Shown: positions 1 to 8,637 of the stretch, piece by piece
How the letters are laid out: each line of letters begins with the position of its first letter
Numbering within the stretch: position 1 is the first letter of the stretch
Source: a bacterium
Lineage (GTDB): Bacteria; UBA8248
Direction: 5' to 3'
Assembly: GCA_965242545.1 (NCBI GenBank)
Contig: OZ251456.1
Location: 1,158,756 to 1,222,755, forward strand
DNA: 64,000 nucleotides
Notes under the pieces: model-generated
What the model saw: the letters and a program-made list of their open reading frames with translations, nothing else
What the model was told of the DNA's origin: nothing
Database searches by the model: none
Translations under genes and position numbers: made by a program

Positions 1-2
1 GG

Positions 3-2594
3 AGGCGGCGCCTGCTGCGGCTGCCGCCGGGCGATGAGGGTTTTCGCTACGCCGCGGCGGCGAGATACGCCCTGGCGGAAGCGCGCTGCGAGGCGCGCGA
101 TTATCGGGGATGTCTCGGCCTGCTGGAGGGGCAGTCCTGGCCCCGGGGAAAGTTCGCCCGCGAGGAGGCCGTTTTTCTCAAGGCCTGGGCGCAGGCGCGG
201 GCGGGTTCCGTTGACGAGGCGATCGACGCTTGGACGGCGATCGCGGACGCCCGGGGGCGGCTGGCGCTTCGGGCGACCGTCGCGCTCGGGCATTTTCATC
301 TGAAAAGAGGGAACTACGCCCGGGCGGAAAAGCGCTGCGCGGCGGCCGAGGCGCTCGCGCCGAAGGGGGACGGGCGCGGGGAGGGGCTTTTGGGAGAAGC
401 GCTTCACTGCCTGGGCTGGGCGCGGCTGCTTTCCGGCCGAATCGAGGGCGCGAAGCGCGTCTTTTCGCTTTTCGCTCGCCGCCCGGGGCATCCGCTGGAG
501 ACTTCCGTCCGGGCGGCCTCGCTGGCCGCCGAAATCGAGTCCATCGGCAAATCTCGTGAAAAACTGAAAGAATTGCAGTCTCGCCTGGAGGAATTCTCTC
601 GCGTCCATCGCCGGGAAACGATCGTCGGCGACCTGCGTCTTCAGTTGGCCTGGAAGGTGTTTCGGCTGGGGGCGTATGAGGAGGCGTCGAGGCTGGCGGG
701 GAGGGTGAGCGACGAGTTTCCGCTCGGCAGAATCTACCGCGTCGCGAGAATCGTGGAGGGCCTCGCCCGATACCATCTCGGGGAGGCGAAGCGCGCCTAC
801 GGCGTCCTGCGCCTGGGCGCCGAGCGTCCGTCGGTTTCCACGCTTCGCCCGGCGGAGCGGGACGCGGCTCGCTCCGCGGCGATGGCGACGGCTTTCGCCG
901 CGTTCCGGCTCAGGGATTTCGGCGGCGCCCGGGAGGTGCTCAGGCATTGGGCCTTCCTGCCGGGCGGGAAGGGCGGGGTTTCCGGAGACGGACTGGCGGC
1001 GCTGTGGTATGGGGAGGCGGCCTTCGAGTTGGGAGCGCTCGATGAGGCGGCGCGCGCGTTTCGGGCGGTTCCGAAAAACGCGCCCGAATTCTACCGCGCC
1101 CTGGGCGGGCTCGCCTGGATTCAATACAGGAAAAAGAACTGGAAGGCGGCGGCGCGCGCCTTCGACCGCGTTTTCGGGCATGAGCCGGGCGGCGCCCTGG
1201 CGGCGGAGGCCCTCGCCCGGGCGGGAGAGGCCCGCTTCAACCTCAGGGACTATGACGGCGCCTTGCGGTCTTTCGAGCGGGTGGAGAAAAAATACAGGGG
1301 AAGCGGCGTCGCCCGGGAGGCGCTCCGCCAGAAGGCGAAATTGCTGTTCAGGCGGGGCCGTTTCGATGCGGCGAAGAAGAGTTTTCAAGCCTTTCTGAAG
1401 CGCTACCCCGAAAGCAGGGCCGCGCCGGAAGCGAAATACGCCCTGGCGCTGATTCCGTTCCGCAGGGGCCGATACGCCCGGGCGCGCGAGAAGCTTCTGA
1501 ATTTCCTCCAGTCCCACAAAAATTCCCCCCTGGCGGGCGACGCCTATCTGCGCATGGCGGATTCCTCCTATAACGAAGGGCGCTACAGGGAGGCCAACCG
1601 CCTCTACCGGCTGATGATGAACCGGCATCCCTCCCATCCGAAGTTCTCGGAAGCCGTCTATGGCCGGCTGCTCACCCATCTTCGGCTCGGCGATTACGCG
1701 AGCTTCCTCTCGGGGGCGCGCGAATATATCGACCGCTACCCGGAGAGCGGCCTGAGCATTTCCCTGGCCTTTCAGATCGGCGAGGTTTTTCTCACGCGGG
1801 GCGACGGAGAAGAGGCGCTGAGGGCGTATCGGGACGTCGTCGCCCGCTACCCGGGCGACGATCTGGCCGCTCACGCCCTTCTGCGAATCGCGGGCGTCCA
1901 CCGCGGCCGAAAAGCCATCGACAAGGCCCTTGATTCGTACGAGATTCTGCTGAGCCGGTATCCGGGAGGCGCTTTTCGCGCCGACGGGCTTTTCGGCATC
2001 GGCGAGACCCTGGCCGGCATCGGCCGCTGCGCGGAGGCGAGGCGAAGGCTTGAGGAGTTTCTGGAGGCGCATCCGGGCCATGACTATGAAATGCTCGCCC
2101 GGCTGACGCTGGGCCGCTGCCTGGTTCGCCTGGGCGAGGACGACGCGGCGCTCTCCCACCTGGAGAAAGTCATGGAAGATGAATCGGGCCCCGATTCGCG
2201 CGGTCGGGCCGCGCTCCTGGCGGCCGGGGCTTATCTGAAGCGGAAGAAGTCCGCCGACGCCAGGCGCGCCCTGGACGTGGCGGTCGAGTTCGGGGCGCCG
2301 GAGGTGGCGGCGGAGGCATTCTTCGCCCGCGCGCGGATGCTGCTCGATCGCGGAGACTCGAGAGCGGCGGCCGAGTATTTGAAGTTGACCTATCTGTATC
2401 CCGATCAGAAGATATGGGTGGCGCGCGCGTTCGAGCGCGCGGGCGAGCTCTATGAAAAGGCGGGCAGGCGCGCCATCGCCCTTCGGGTCTATGAGAAGAT
2501 GGCGAAAGTGGTGAGCGACGCCGCGCTTCGGCGAAGGGCGCGAATCGCCGCGAAGCGAATCAGGGAGCGGGCGAAAGGCGGCGCGCGGCGGTGA
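3..2594 (+). CDS. Tetratricopeptide-repeat (TPR) protein, 5'-truncated by the window edge
   Basis: The frame of ORF 390..2594 is open back to nt 3 (RRLLRLPPGDEGFRYAAAARYALAEAR...). Many TPR-like helix pairs (ALYRALGGLAW, AEALARAGEARF, EAKYALA, DAYLRMADSSY, HALLRIA). Precedes exbBD-tonB. Confidence 0.85.
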   Translation, partial: RRRLLRLPPGDEGFRYAAAARYALAEARCEARDYRGCLGLLEGQSWPRGKFAREEAVFLKAWAQARAGSVDEAIDAWTAIADARGRLALRATVALGHFHLKRGNYARAEKRCAAAEALAPKGDGRGEGLLGEALHCLGWARLLSGRIEGAKRVFSLFARRPGHPLETSVRAASLAAEIESIGKSREKLKELQSRLEEFSRVHRRETIVGDLRLQLAWKVFRLGAYEEASRLAGRVSDEFPLGRIYRVARIVEGLARYHLGEAKRAYGVLRLGAERPSVSTLRPAERDAARSAAMATAFAAFRLRDFGGAREVLRHWAFLPGGKGGVSGDGLAALWYGEAAFELGALDEAARAFRAVPKNAPEFYRALGGLAWIQYRKKNWKAAARAFDRVFGHEPGGALAAEALARAGEARFNLRDYDGALRSFERVEKKYRGSGVAREALRQKAKLLFRRGRFDAAKKSFQAFLKRYPESRAAPEAKYALALIPFRRGRYARAREKLLNFLQSHKNSPLAGDAYLRMADSSYNEGRYREANRLYRLMMNRHPSHPKFSEAVYGRLLTHLRLGDYASFLSGAREYIDRYPESGLSISLAFQIGEVFLTRGDGEEALRAYRDVVARYPGDDLAAHALLRIAGVHRGRKAIDKALDSYEILLSRYPGGAFRADGLFGIGETLAGIGRCAEARRRLEEFLEAHPGHDYEMLARLTLGRCLVRLGEDDAALSHLEKVMEDESGPDSRGRAALLAAGAYLKRKKSADARRALDVAVEFGAPEVAAEAFFARARMLLDRGDSRAAAEYLKLTYLYPDQKIWVARAFERAGELYEKAGRRAIALRVYEKMAKVVSDAALRRRARIAAKRIRERAKGGARR

Positions 2595-2633
2595 AGATGA
2601 AAAGCGGCCGCGATATGCCCGGCGCGCGTCATG

Positions 2634-2639
2634 TATAAT
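2634..2639 (+). promoter_or_regulatory. Possible sigma70 -10 element upstream of exbB
   Basis: Perfect TATAAT about 40 nt before the exbB ATG in GC-rich DNA; no good -35. Confidence 0.3.
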
Positions 2640-2679
2640 CGCGCCCGACGCATTCCCGTTCATTCAAAGGCGCGGACTG

Positions 2680-3279
2680 ATGTTTGAATTTCTGGCGAGA
2701 GGCGGGGTGCTGATGATCCCGCTGGGCGTTTGCTCCGTTCTGGCGCTGGCCATCATCCTGGAGCGGTCGCTGAACCTGCGCGCCCGGAAGATCATTCAGG
2801 CCGATATCCTCCGGCAGGTCAGGGACCTGCTCGCGGAGAGCCAGGTTGCCGACGCCATGACGCTTTGCCGGCGCTATCCTTCCGTGATGGGGAGGATTCT
2901 GCTCGTGACGATAGCGAACCACGACAGGGAGCGCGAGGAGCTTCGCTCCATCGTGGAGGACGCGGGCAGGCAGGAGACCGCCACGCTCGACAGGAATCTG
3001 GGCGCCCTGGGCACCATTGCCGCCATCTCGCCGCTGCTGGGCCTCACGGGCACGGTGTTCGGCATGATTCGCGTCTTCGCCACCATCAGCGAGAAGGGGA
3101 TCGCCCACCCCAGCCAGCTCGCGGGGGGCATCAGCGAGGCGCTCATCACCACGGCGACCGGCCTCGTCATCGCCATCCCCACCCTCATTTTCTACAATTA
3201 TTTCACCAACAAGGCGGATCGCCTCATCGTGGAGGTGGAGAAGCACTCCTACCGGGTCGTCGAGACGCTGAAGCGGTGA
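2680..3279 (+). CDS. exbB: MotA/TolQ/ExbB proton channel family protein
   Basis: LGTIAAISPLLGLTGTVFGMIRVF...GISEALITTATGLVIAIP signature; three TM segments. Confidence 0.92.
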   Translation: MFEFLARGGVLMIPLGVCSVLALAIILERSLNLRARKIIQADILRQVRDLLAESQVADAMTLCRRYPSVMGRILLVTIANHDREREELRSIVEDAGRQETATLDRNLGALGTIAAISPLLGLTGTVFGMIRVFATISEKGIAHPSQLAGGISEALITTATGLVIAIPTLIFYNYFTNKADRLIVEVEKHSYRVVETLKR

Positions 3280-3286
3280 GCGGGCG

Positions 3287-3712
3287 ATGAAGTTCCGGCA
3301 GCTCAGGCGGGTGCGGGCCGAGCCCGGCATGACCGCCATGATCGACATCATCTTCCTGCTCCTCCTGTTCTTCGTTCTGAGCTCCTCGTTCGTTCTCCAG
3401 CCGGGCGTGAAGGTGGAGCTGCCGAGGACGGTCACGCAGGAGCACCCCGTGCGCAAGGATTTGATTCTCATCATCGCGCGCGACCAAAGGGTTTTCCTGA
3501 ACAACGACCGGGTGCCCCTCTCCGCGCTCTGGGGCCGCCTGATAGAGGAACTGAAAGTCCAGCCGGAGGGCATTATCATCATCCGGGCGGACAGGGGCGT
3601 GCCGCACGGCTTGGTGGTGCGGGTGATGGATATCGCCAAGCAGGCGGGGGCGCTGCGCATGTCGATTGCGACGGCGCCCGCCCGGCGGGTGGAAGAGAAA
3701 AAGACGAGATAG
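3287..3712 (+). CDS. exbD: ExbD/TolR biopolymer transport protein
   Basis: MTAMIDIIFLLLLFF TM segment with conserved Asp; IRADRGVPHGLVVRVMDIAKQAG periplasmic motif. Confidence 0.92.
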   Translation: MKFRQLRRVRAEPGMTAMIDIIFLLLLFFVLSSSFVLQPGVKVELPRTVTQEHPVRKDLILIIARDQRVFLNNDRVPLSALWGRLIEELKVQPEGIIIIRADRGVPHGLVVRVMDIAKQAGALRMSIATAPARRVEEKKTR

Positions 3713-3736
3713 CCGAGGGGAGGCCGGCGCGGGGAC

Positions 3737-4561
3737 ATGAGCTTTTCACTCGTTCTGACGCTGTTGGTTTCCATCGTTATTCACGTGGGCCTGGTTCTGT
3801 TCAGTCCCGCCGTGCCGCTGTCGCCGGTGCGCGCCGGGCAGCCCGACGGCGTGGAGGTCGCGCTCGTGCGCCGGGACGTTCCCATCCCCGAAGCCCTGCG
3901 GCCGAAGCCCCTGCCCGAGGTTCCCCTGCCGGAGCCTCTGGATTTGAGCGGGCTGCTCCGGGGGAAAACGGCGGCCGAGCGCAGCCTGAATCTGGCCGTG
4001 AAGCCGGAATTCAAGGCGTCCGGCCCGGCCGCGCTGCCCGAGAGCCGGCCGCTGCCGGAGCCTCCGGCGGTCGATTTGCCCGCGCCCGCTCTCGCGCCCG
4101 GAGCGGCGGCCCTCGCGGAGCCTCCCGAAGCGAGCGGCGGCCTCGGAGAAATCGCCCTGTCGATGGGCGCGCCGGCGGAATCGAAAGGCTTGATGGAGGG
4201 AAGAAGCAAGGCGCCGCTCCCGGACGACGGGGCGGATCGGAAGATGCTGGCTGAATTGTCCCGCGCCTCCAGGACGAGGCGAGGCGCCGTCATCGGCGGC
4301 CCCGCCGCCAGGCGGAGAATCGTGTTTCGGCCCAAGCCGCCCCGACCCGAGGGGCTGGAGGATACGACGGAGATCATTCTGAAATTCTGGGTCTTGCCCG
4401 ACGGCACCGTCGGCCGCGTCGTGCCGATCAAGAAGGCGAGCGCCTACCTGGAGGGACTGGCGTCGAAGAACCTGAAGCGCTGGCGGTTCAGTCCGCTTCC
4501 GCCGGGCGCCGGCGCGGGCGAGCAGTGGGGCGCAATCACCTTCCGCTTTCTTTTGCGCTGA
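3737..4561 (+). CDS. tonB: TonB-family energy transducer
   Basis: N-terminal TM anchor, Pro-rich linker, TonB_C-like end (LKFWVLPDGTV...LKRWRFSP...ITFRF); follows exbD. Confidence 0.75.
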   Translation: MSFSLVLTLLVSIVIHVGLVLFSPAVPLSPVRAGQPDGVEVALVRRDVPIPEALRPKPLPEVPLPEPLDLSGLLRGKTAAERSLNLAVKPEFKASGPAALPESRPLPEPPAVDLPAPALAPGAAALAEPPEASGGLGEIALSMGAPAESKGLMEGRSKAPLPDDGADRKMLAELSRASRTRRGAVIGGPAARRRIVFRPKPPRPEGLEDTTEIILKFWVLPDGTVGRVVPIKKASAYLEGLASKNLKRWRFSPLPPGAGAGEQWGAITFRFLLR

Positions 4562-4574
4562 GGAGTTTCCCGTC

Positions 4575-5042
4575 TTGGAATACGTGGCGAGCGGCTTGTA
4601 TTACGAGGAATTCGAGGAGGGCAGGTCGTGGAGGACGGCCGCGCGCACGGTAGGGGAGTCCGACGTCAGCGCCTTCTCCGCCCTGACGGGGGACTACACC
4701 TACCTGCACACCGACGCGGAGGGCGCCGCCGAAACCCCTTTCGGGGAGCGGGTGGCGCACGGGCTGCTCGGGCTTTCCTTTCTCATCGGACTGGTGACCC
4801 GGCTCGGCGTCATCGAGGGGACGGTCGAGGCGTTTCTGGGGCTGGAGTGGCGCTTCCGGGGGCCGATTCGCTTCGGCGACACGATTCACGGCGAGGTGGT
4901 CGTCAAGTCCAGGCGCGTCTCCAGCAAGGGGCAGGGGCTGGTGACGCTCGCCCTCCGCCTTCTCAACCAGAGGGCCGAGGCGATTCACGAGGGCGACGTC
5001 ACCATCATGGTGACGAGGCGGGAGAAGGACGGGGAGGGGTGA
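4575..5042 (+). CDS. MaoC-like (hot-dog fold) dehydratase
   Basis: FSALTGDYTYLHTD...FGERVAHGLLGLS hydratase motif; FRGPIRFGDTI. TTG start after GAGGAG. Confidence 0.88.
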   Translation: MEYVASGLYYEEFEEGRSWRTAARTVGESDVSAFSALTGDYTYLHTDAEGAAETPFGERVAHGLLGLSFLIGLVTRLGVIEGTVEAFLGLEWRFRGPIRFGDTIHGEVVVKSRRVSSKGQGLVTLALRLLNQRAEAIHEGDVTIMVTRREKDGEG

Positions 5043-5189
5043 TTTTCCCGGTTCGCCCACGAAGCGGCGGATCATTCATAAATGCGGGAAAATGCGCCCC
5101 GTTCGAGGCGTTGAAGCGCCGAGAAGGGGAGGATTGTCGAAACGCCGCGGCGAACGCCCGACAGACGCTCCGCCGGACATTCTCCATCA

Positions 5190-5369
5190 TCAGACGCCGA
5201 CCGCCTTTTTGCCCACGGACGGGTCGTTGAAGCGACGCCTCGAACGCGCCACGATTTTCTTTGCGACGTCGTGGAAGTCCCGGCCTTCCTTTTCCGCAAG
5301 CAGCAAGTGGCCGTCTCTGTCTTCTTCCGTTTTCAGTGTCTCGATGATCGCGTCGAGCTTTTCCTCTCC
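5190..5369 (-). other. Possible 59-codon coding extension or small ORF in frame with the ThiS/MoaD stop codon
   Basis: After GG-UGA the same frame continues GEEKLDAIIETLKTEEDRDGHLLLAEKEGRDFHDVAKKIVARSRRRFNDPSVGKKAVGV* with gene-like codons. An SD-like GAGGAGAGG is present, but no ATG/GTG at the expected spacing. Confidence 0.3.
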
Positions 5370-5612
5370 TCATCCCCCCACGATGGGCGGGAACACGCAG
5401 AGCTCGGCCCCCTCGGGGATGGGGACGGATTTTTTCGCGTGCCGCCCGTCAAGCAGGATGGTGTAGGCCGTTTCGTGGGGAATGTCGAAGCGATCCAGCA
5501 CGTCGCCCACCGTGGCGCCCTCGGGCATGGCGATTTCCGCCGCGCCGTTCATGTCCTGCTCGGGCGGCATTTTCGCCGCGAAATCGGCGAACAGCATGAC
5601 GCGCAGCTTCAC
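5370..5612 (-). CDS. ThiS/MoaD-family ubiquitin-like sulfur carrier protein (80 aa)
   Basis: GTG start overlaps the larC stop (GTGA). MKLRVMLFADF...PEGATVGDVLDRFDIP...LCVFPPIVGG*, with the C-terminal Gly-Gly. Confidence 0.9.
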   Translation of the reverse strand: MKLRVMLFADFAAKMPPEQDMNGAAEIAMPEGATVGDVLDRFDIPHETAYTILLDGRHAKKSVPIPEGAELCVFPPIVGG

Positions 5613-6856
5613 GCCTCGCCCTCCTGGGCCTCCCGGGCGCGCGCGGCGGCGGCCTCCATCACCCGCTTGAGAGGAATTCCGCCCGCCTCCGCCAGCCGCC
5701 TGCAGTCCTCGTATTCGGGCGCGAGATTCACGACCTCGCCCTCGTAGGTCGCCTTCTTGACGCGCGCGCGGCCCCAGGGGAGCTCGACCTCCACCCATTC
5801 GCGTCCGGCCACCGCCCGCCGCGCCGTCCGCCGGCGAACGCCCAGGGTCGAGGTTTCCCGGAACAGGAACCGGGTGAGCGCCTCCTGCCTCGAGAGCGGC
5901 GCCAGGATGGTGAGCAGCTGGGCGGGCCGCCCCTTCTTGCCCGTGACGGGGATGGAGAAGGCGTCGAGCGCGCCCGCCTTCAGCGCGCCTTCGATGACGT
6001 GGGGAAACAGCTCGGGGCTCATGTCGTCCACGTTGGCCTCGAGGACGGCGATGGTCGCCGCGGGCTTTCCGGCCTCGACGTCGTCGCCGGAGGGATCCGA
6101 TTCCCCCAGAAAGGCGCGGACGACGTTGGGGGCGTCCCCGAAATCCTTGTCGCCCGCCCCATGGCCCACCCGCGCGATCGTCATGTCCGGCATGGGACCG
6201 AAAAATTCCGCGCTCTCGCTCAGGAGCAACGCGCCCGTGGGCGTGAGGACTTCGCCCTCCAGCCCGTTGTCCGAGACGGGGACGCCTTCGAGCAGCTTCG
6301 CCGTCGCGGGCGCGGGAAGCGGCATCCGTCCGTGGGCGCATTCCACCCACCCGCGCCCCGCCGGAAGCGGAGAGGCCGCCACCCGCTCGACGCCCAGCAG
6401 GTGGAGACCCAGAAAATAGCCCGTGACGTCGATGATGGAGTCGATCGCGCCGACTTCGTGGAAATGCGCCGCCTCGAGGGTCGTGTCGTGGATTCCGGCT
6501 TCCACGACGCCCAGGCGGTGGAACGCGGAGACGGCGCGGCGCTTTGGAATTTCAGGAATATCCGCGCTTTCGATCATCTCCCGAATGCGCGAGAAGGAGC
6601 GGCCGTGCGGCTTCCCGGCGTCTTGGCCCTCGCGGTCCGCGCCGCGCCGGGGCGTTTCTTCGCGGACGTTCACGCTGAATTTTCGCGCCGAGACGCCCCC
6701 CTTCACGACGGACGCGACCGAGAGCGAATAGCCCTCCAGCCCCAGTTTCGCCAGTTCGGCCTCGAGCGCCGCGAAATCGAGGCCCGCGTCGAGCAGGGCG
6801 CCCAGGAGCATGTCGCCCGCCGCGCCCGCGAAGCAGTCGAACCAGATCGTCTTCAC
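5609..6856 (-). CDS. larC: Nickel-pincer cofactor nickel insertase LarC
   Basis: WFDCFAGAAGDMLLGALLDAG, HFHEVGAIDSIIDV, LTPTGA, LEANVDDMSPE, PEYEDCRRLA motifs. GTG start overlaps the larB stop. Confidence 0.93.
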   Translation of the reverse strand: MKTIWFDCFAGAAGDMLLGALLDAGLDFAALEAELAKLGLEGYSLSVASVVKGGVSARKFSVNVREETPRRGADREGQDAGKPHGRSFSRIREMIESADIPEIPKRRAVSAFHRLGVVEAGIHDTTLEAAHFHEVGAIDSIIDVTGYFLGLHLLGVERVAASPLPAGRGWVECAHGRMPLPAPATAKLLEGVPVSDNGLEGEVLTPTGALLLSESAEFFGPMPDMTIARVGHGAGDKDFGDAPNVVRAFLGESDPSGDDVEAGKPAATIAVLEANVDDMSPELFPHVIEGALKAGALDAFSIPVTGKKGRPAQLLTILAPLSRQEALTRFLFRETSTLGVRRRTARRAVAGREWVEVELPWGRARVKKATYEGEVVNLAPEYEDCRRLAEAGGIPLKRVMEAAAARAREAQEGEA

Positions 6857-7611
6857 GCGCCGGCCGCCCCCTTGTTGATGAGGTGCGCCTGGCATCCCGC
6901 GCCGAAGCCGTTGTCGATGTTCACCACGCTGAGGCCGGAGGCGCACGAGTTCAGCATGGCGAACAGCGCCGTCAGCCCGCCCAGGCTGGCGCCGTAGCCC
7001 ACCGAGGTGGGCGCGGCGATGACGGGACGCGCCACCAGCCCGGCGACCACCGAGGGAAGCGCGCCCTCCATGCCCGCCACGGCGACGACGGCGTTGGCGC
7101 GGCGCAGGGTCTCGACCTCCGCCAGCAGGCGGTGCAGGCCCGCCACGCCCGCGTCGTAGACGCGCGTCACCCCGGAGCCGAGGGCGCGCGCGGTTACCGC
7201 CGCCTCCTCGGCCACGGGAAGGTCCGAAGTGCCCGCGCAGACGATGGCGACCTCGCCGACGGGCTTGGGAGGGTTCTTCGGAGGGATTTCGACGATGCGC
7301 GCCGTTTCGTGATGCCGCGCGCGGGGAGAAAGTTCGAGCAGGGCGGCGGCCTGCTCCGCGCTGGCGCGCGTGACCAGCGCCGTCTGATCCCGCGCCGCCA
7401 GGCTCCCGGCGATTTCGACGACCTGCCGCGCGGTTTTTCCGGCGCCGAAGATGACTTCGGGAAACCCGTTTCTCAGGGCGCGGTGGTGATCCACCCGCGC
7501 GTGGCCCAAATCCTCGAACGGCAGGTCCCGAAGCCGCCCGGCGGCGGCCTCCGGGGCGAGCCTGCCCGCCTTCACCCGCTCCAGGAGATCGAGGAGGGCG
7601 TCGGGGTTCAC
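6853..7611 (-). CDS. larB: Nickel-pincer cofactor carboxylase/hydrolase LarB
   Basis: ARVDHHRALRNGFPEVIFGAGKT, CAGTSDLPVAEEA, DAGVAGLHRL, AGMEGALPSV, PTSVGYGAS, MLNSCASG, VVNIDNGFGA. Confidence 0.95.
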   Translation of the reverse strand: MNPDALLDLLERVKAGRLAPEAAAGRLRDLPFEDLGHARVDHHRALRNGFPEVIFGAGKTARQVVEIAGSLAARDQTALVTRASAEQAAALLELSPRARHHETARIVEIPPKNPPKPVGEVAIVCAGTSDLPVAEEAAVTARALGSGVTRVYDAGVAGLHRLLAEVETLRRANAVVAVAGMEGALPSVVAGLVARPVIAAPTSVGYGASLGGLTALFAMLNSCASGLSVVNIDNGFGAGCQAHLINKGAAGA

Positions 7612-8456
7612 GGGAGGAGGGGCAGATCGGAGGCGCGCGCGGCTTCGAGGACTTCGTTCATGCTGCCCGAGCGGAAGCCTTCCAGATCGATGGTCACGTA
7701 GGTGAAGCCGGCCTCCTTGACGCCGGCGATCACCCGCCGGGAAACGTCCTCCTCGACGAAGCGCGGCACTTCCTCTTTCGGCGCCTCGATTCTGGCGACC
7801 GCGCCGTGGTGGCGCACCCTCAGCTGCCGGAAGCCCAGCCCCCGCAGGAGGCTTTCCGCCTTTTCGACCTGGGCGATTTTCTCCGGCGTGATGCGGTCTC
7901 CGTAGGGAAAGCGGCTCGACAGGCAGGCCTGCGCCGGCTTGTCCCAGGTGGGGAGGCCGAAGGCTTTGGAGAGGGCGCGAATGTCCGCCTTCGTCATGCT
8001 CGCCTCCATGAGCGGGCTTCTCACGCCCAGCTCCCGCGCCGCCCGCATTCCGGGGCGGTGATCGCCGACGTCATCGGCGTTCGAGCCGTCCGCGACGACG
8101 GCCATCCCCTCCTCGGCGGCCACGCGGCGCAGTATCGAATAGAGCTCGTTCTTGCAGAAGTAGCAGCGGTTCGGCGGGTTGTTGCCAAAGGATTCGTCCG
8201 CGATTTCGTCGGTATCCACGATGCGGTGGCGGATGCCGATTCGCGCGGCGAGGGCGATGGATTCCTCGAGTTCGGAGGCGGCGAGGGTGACGGAGCGGCC
8301 CGTGACGGCGATCGCCCGATCTCCCAGCGCGCGATGCGCCGCCTCGGAGAGAAAGGCGCTGTCCACCCCCGCCGAGAACGCGACGAGGACGCTCCCCATC
8401 TCCCTTAAAATGCGCTCGAGGCTTTTCAGTTTGGCGTCCAGCTTCGGGTCGCTCAA
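7608..8456 (-). CDS. larE: Nickel-pincer cofactor sulfur transferase LarE (PP-loop; [4Fe-4S]-type Cys pattern)
   Basis: AFSAGVDS PP-loop, RCYFCK, DGSNADDVGDHRPG, WDKPAQACLSSRFPYG, GFRQLRVRHHG, DLEGFRSGSMN. Start set at TTG 8456 (GGAG 7 nt upstream); the track start is 8480. Confidence 0.93.
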   Translation of the reverse strand: MSDPKLDAKLKSLERILREMGSVLVAFSAGVDSAFLSEAAHRALGDRAIAVTGRSVTLAASELEESIALAARIGIRHRIVDTDEIADESFGNNPPNRCYFCKNELYSILRRVAAEEGMAVVADGSNADDVGDHRPGMRAARELGVRSPLMEASMTKADIRALSKAFGLPTWDKPAQACLSSRFPYGDRITPEKIAQVEKAESLLRGLGFRQLRVRHHGAVARIEAPKEEVPRFVEEDVSRRVIAGVKEAGFTYVTIDLEGFRSGSMNEVLEAARASDLPLLP

Positions 8457-8488
8457 GACGAATCTCCGCTTCGTGGACAACTCGCCGC

Positions 8489-8518
8489 ATTCTAGCCCGT
8501 CCCGCCGCCCGAAGGCAA
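8489..8518 (-). promoter_or_regulatory. Putative sigma70 promoter of the lar operon
   Basis: Minus strand TTGCCT-N18-TAGAAT. Confidence 0.45.
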
Positions 8519-8637
8519 CGCATGCGTTCGCGCCTCCATGGGGCGCGTGACAATCTCCGGCTTTTTTGATAAGGAGCGGCCGTCCGCCTTCTCGCCGGCC
8601 GGGCCGCGGACGTTCGCCGTTCTGGAGGTTCTCAGCG

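Noticed and set aside
5005-5373. Track ORFs 5005..5373 and 5072..5299 (minus strand) as genes downstream of the sulfur carrier
   Set aside because: Arg/Ser-rich translations with poor codon usage; the frame in line with the carrier is the more gene-like one.
5609-6856. Programmed frameshift between larC1 and larC2, as in some lactobacilli
   Set aside because: The frame is continuous here.
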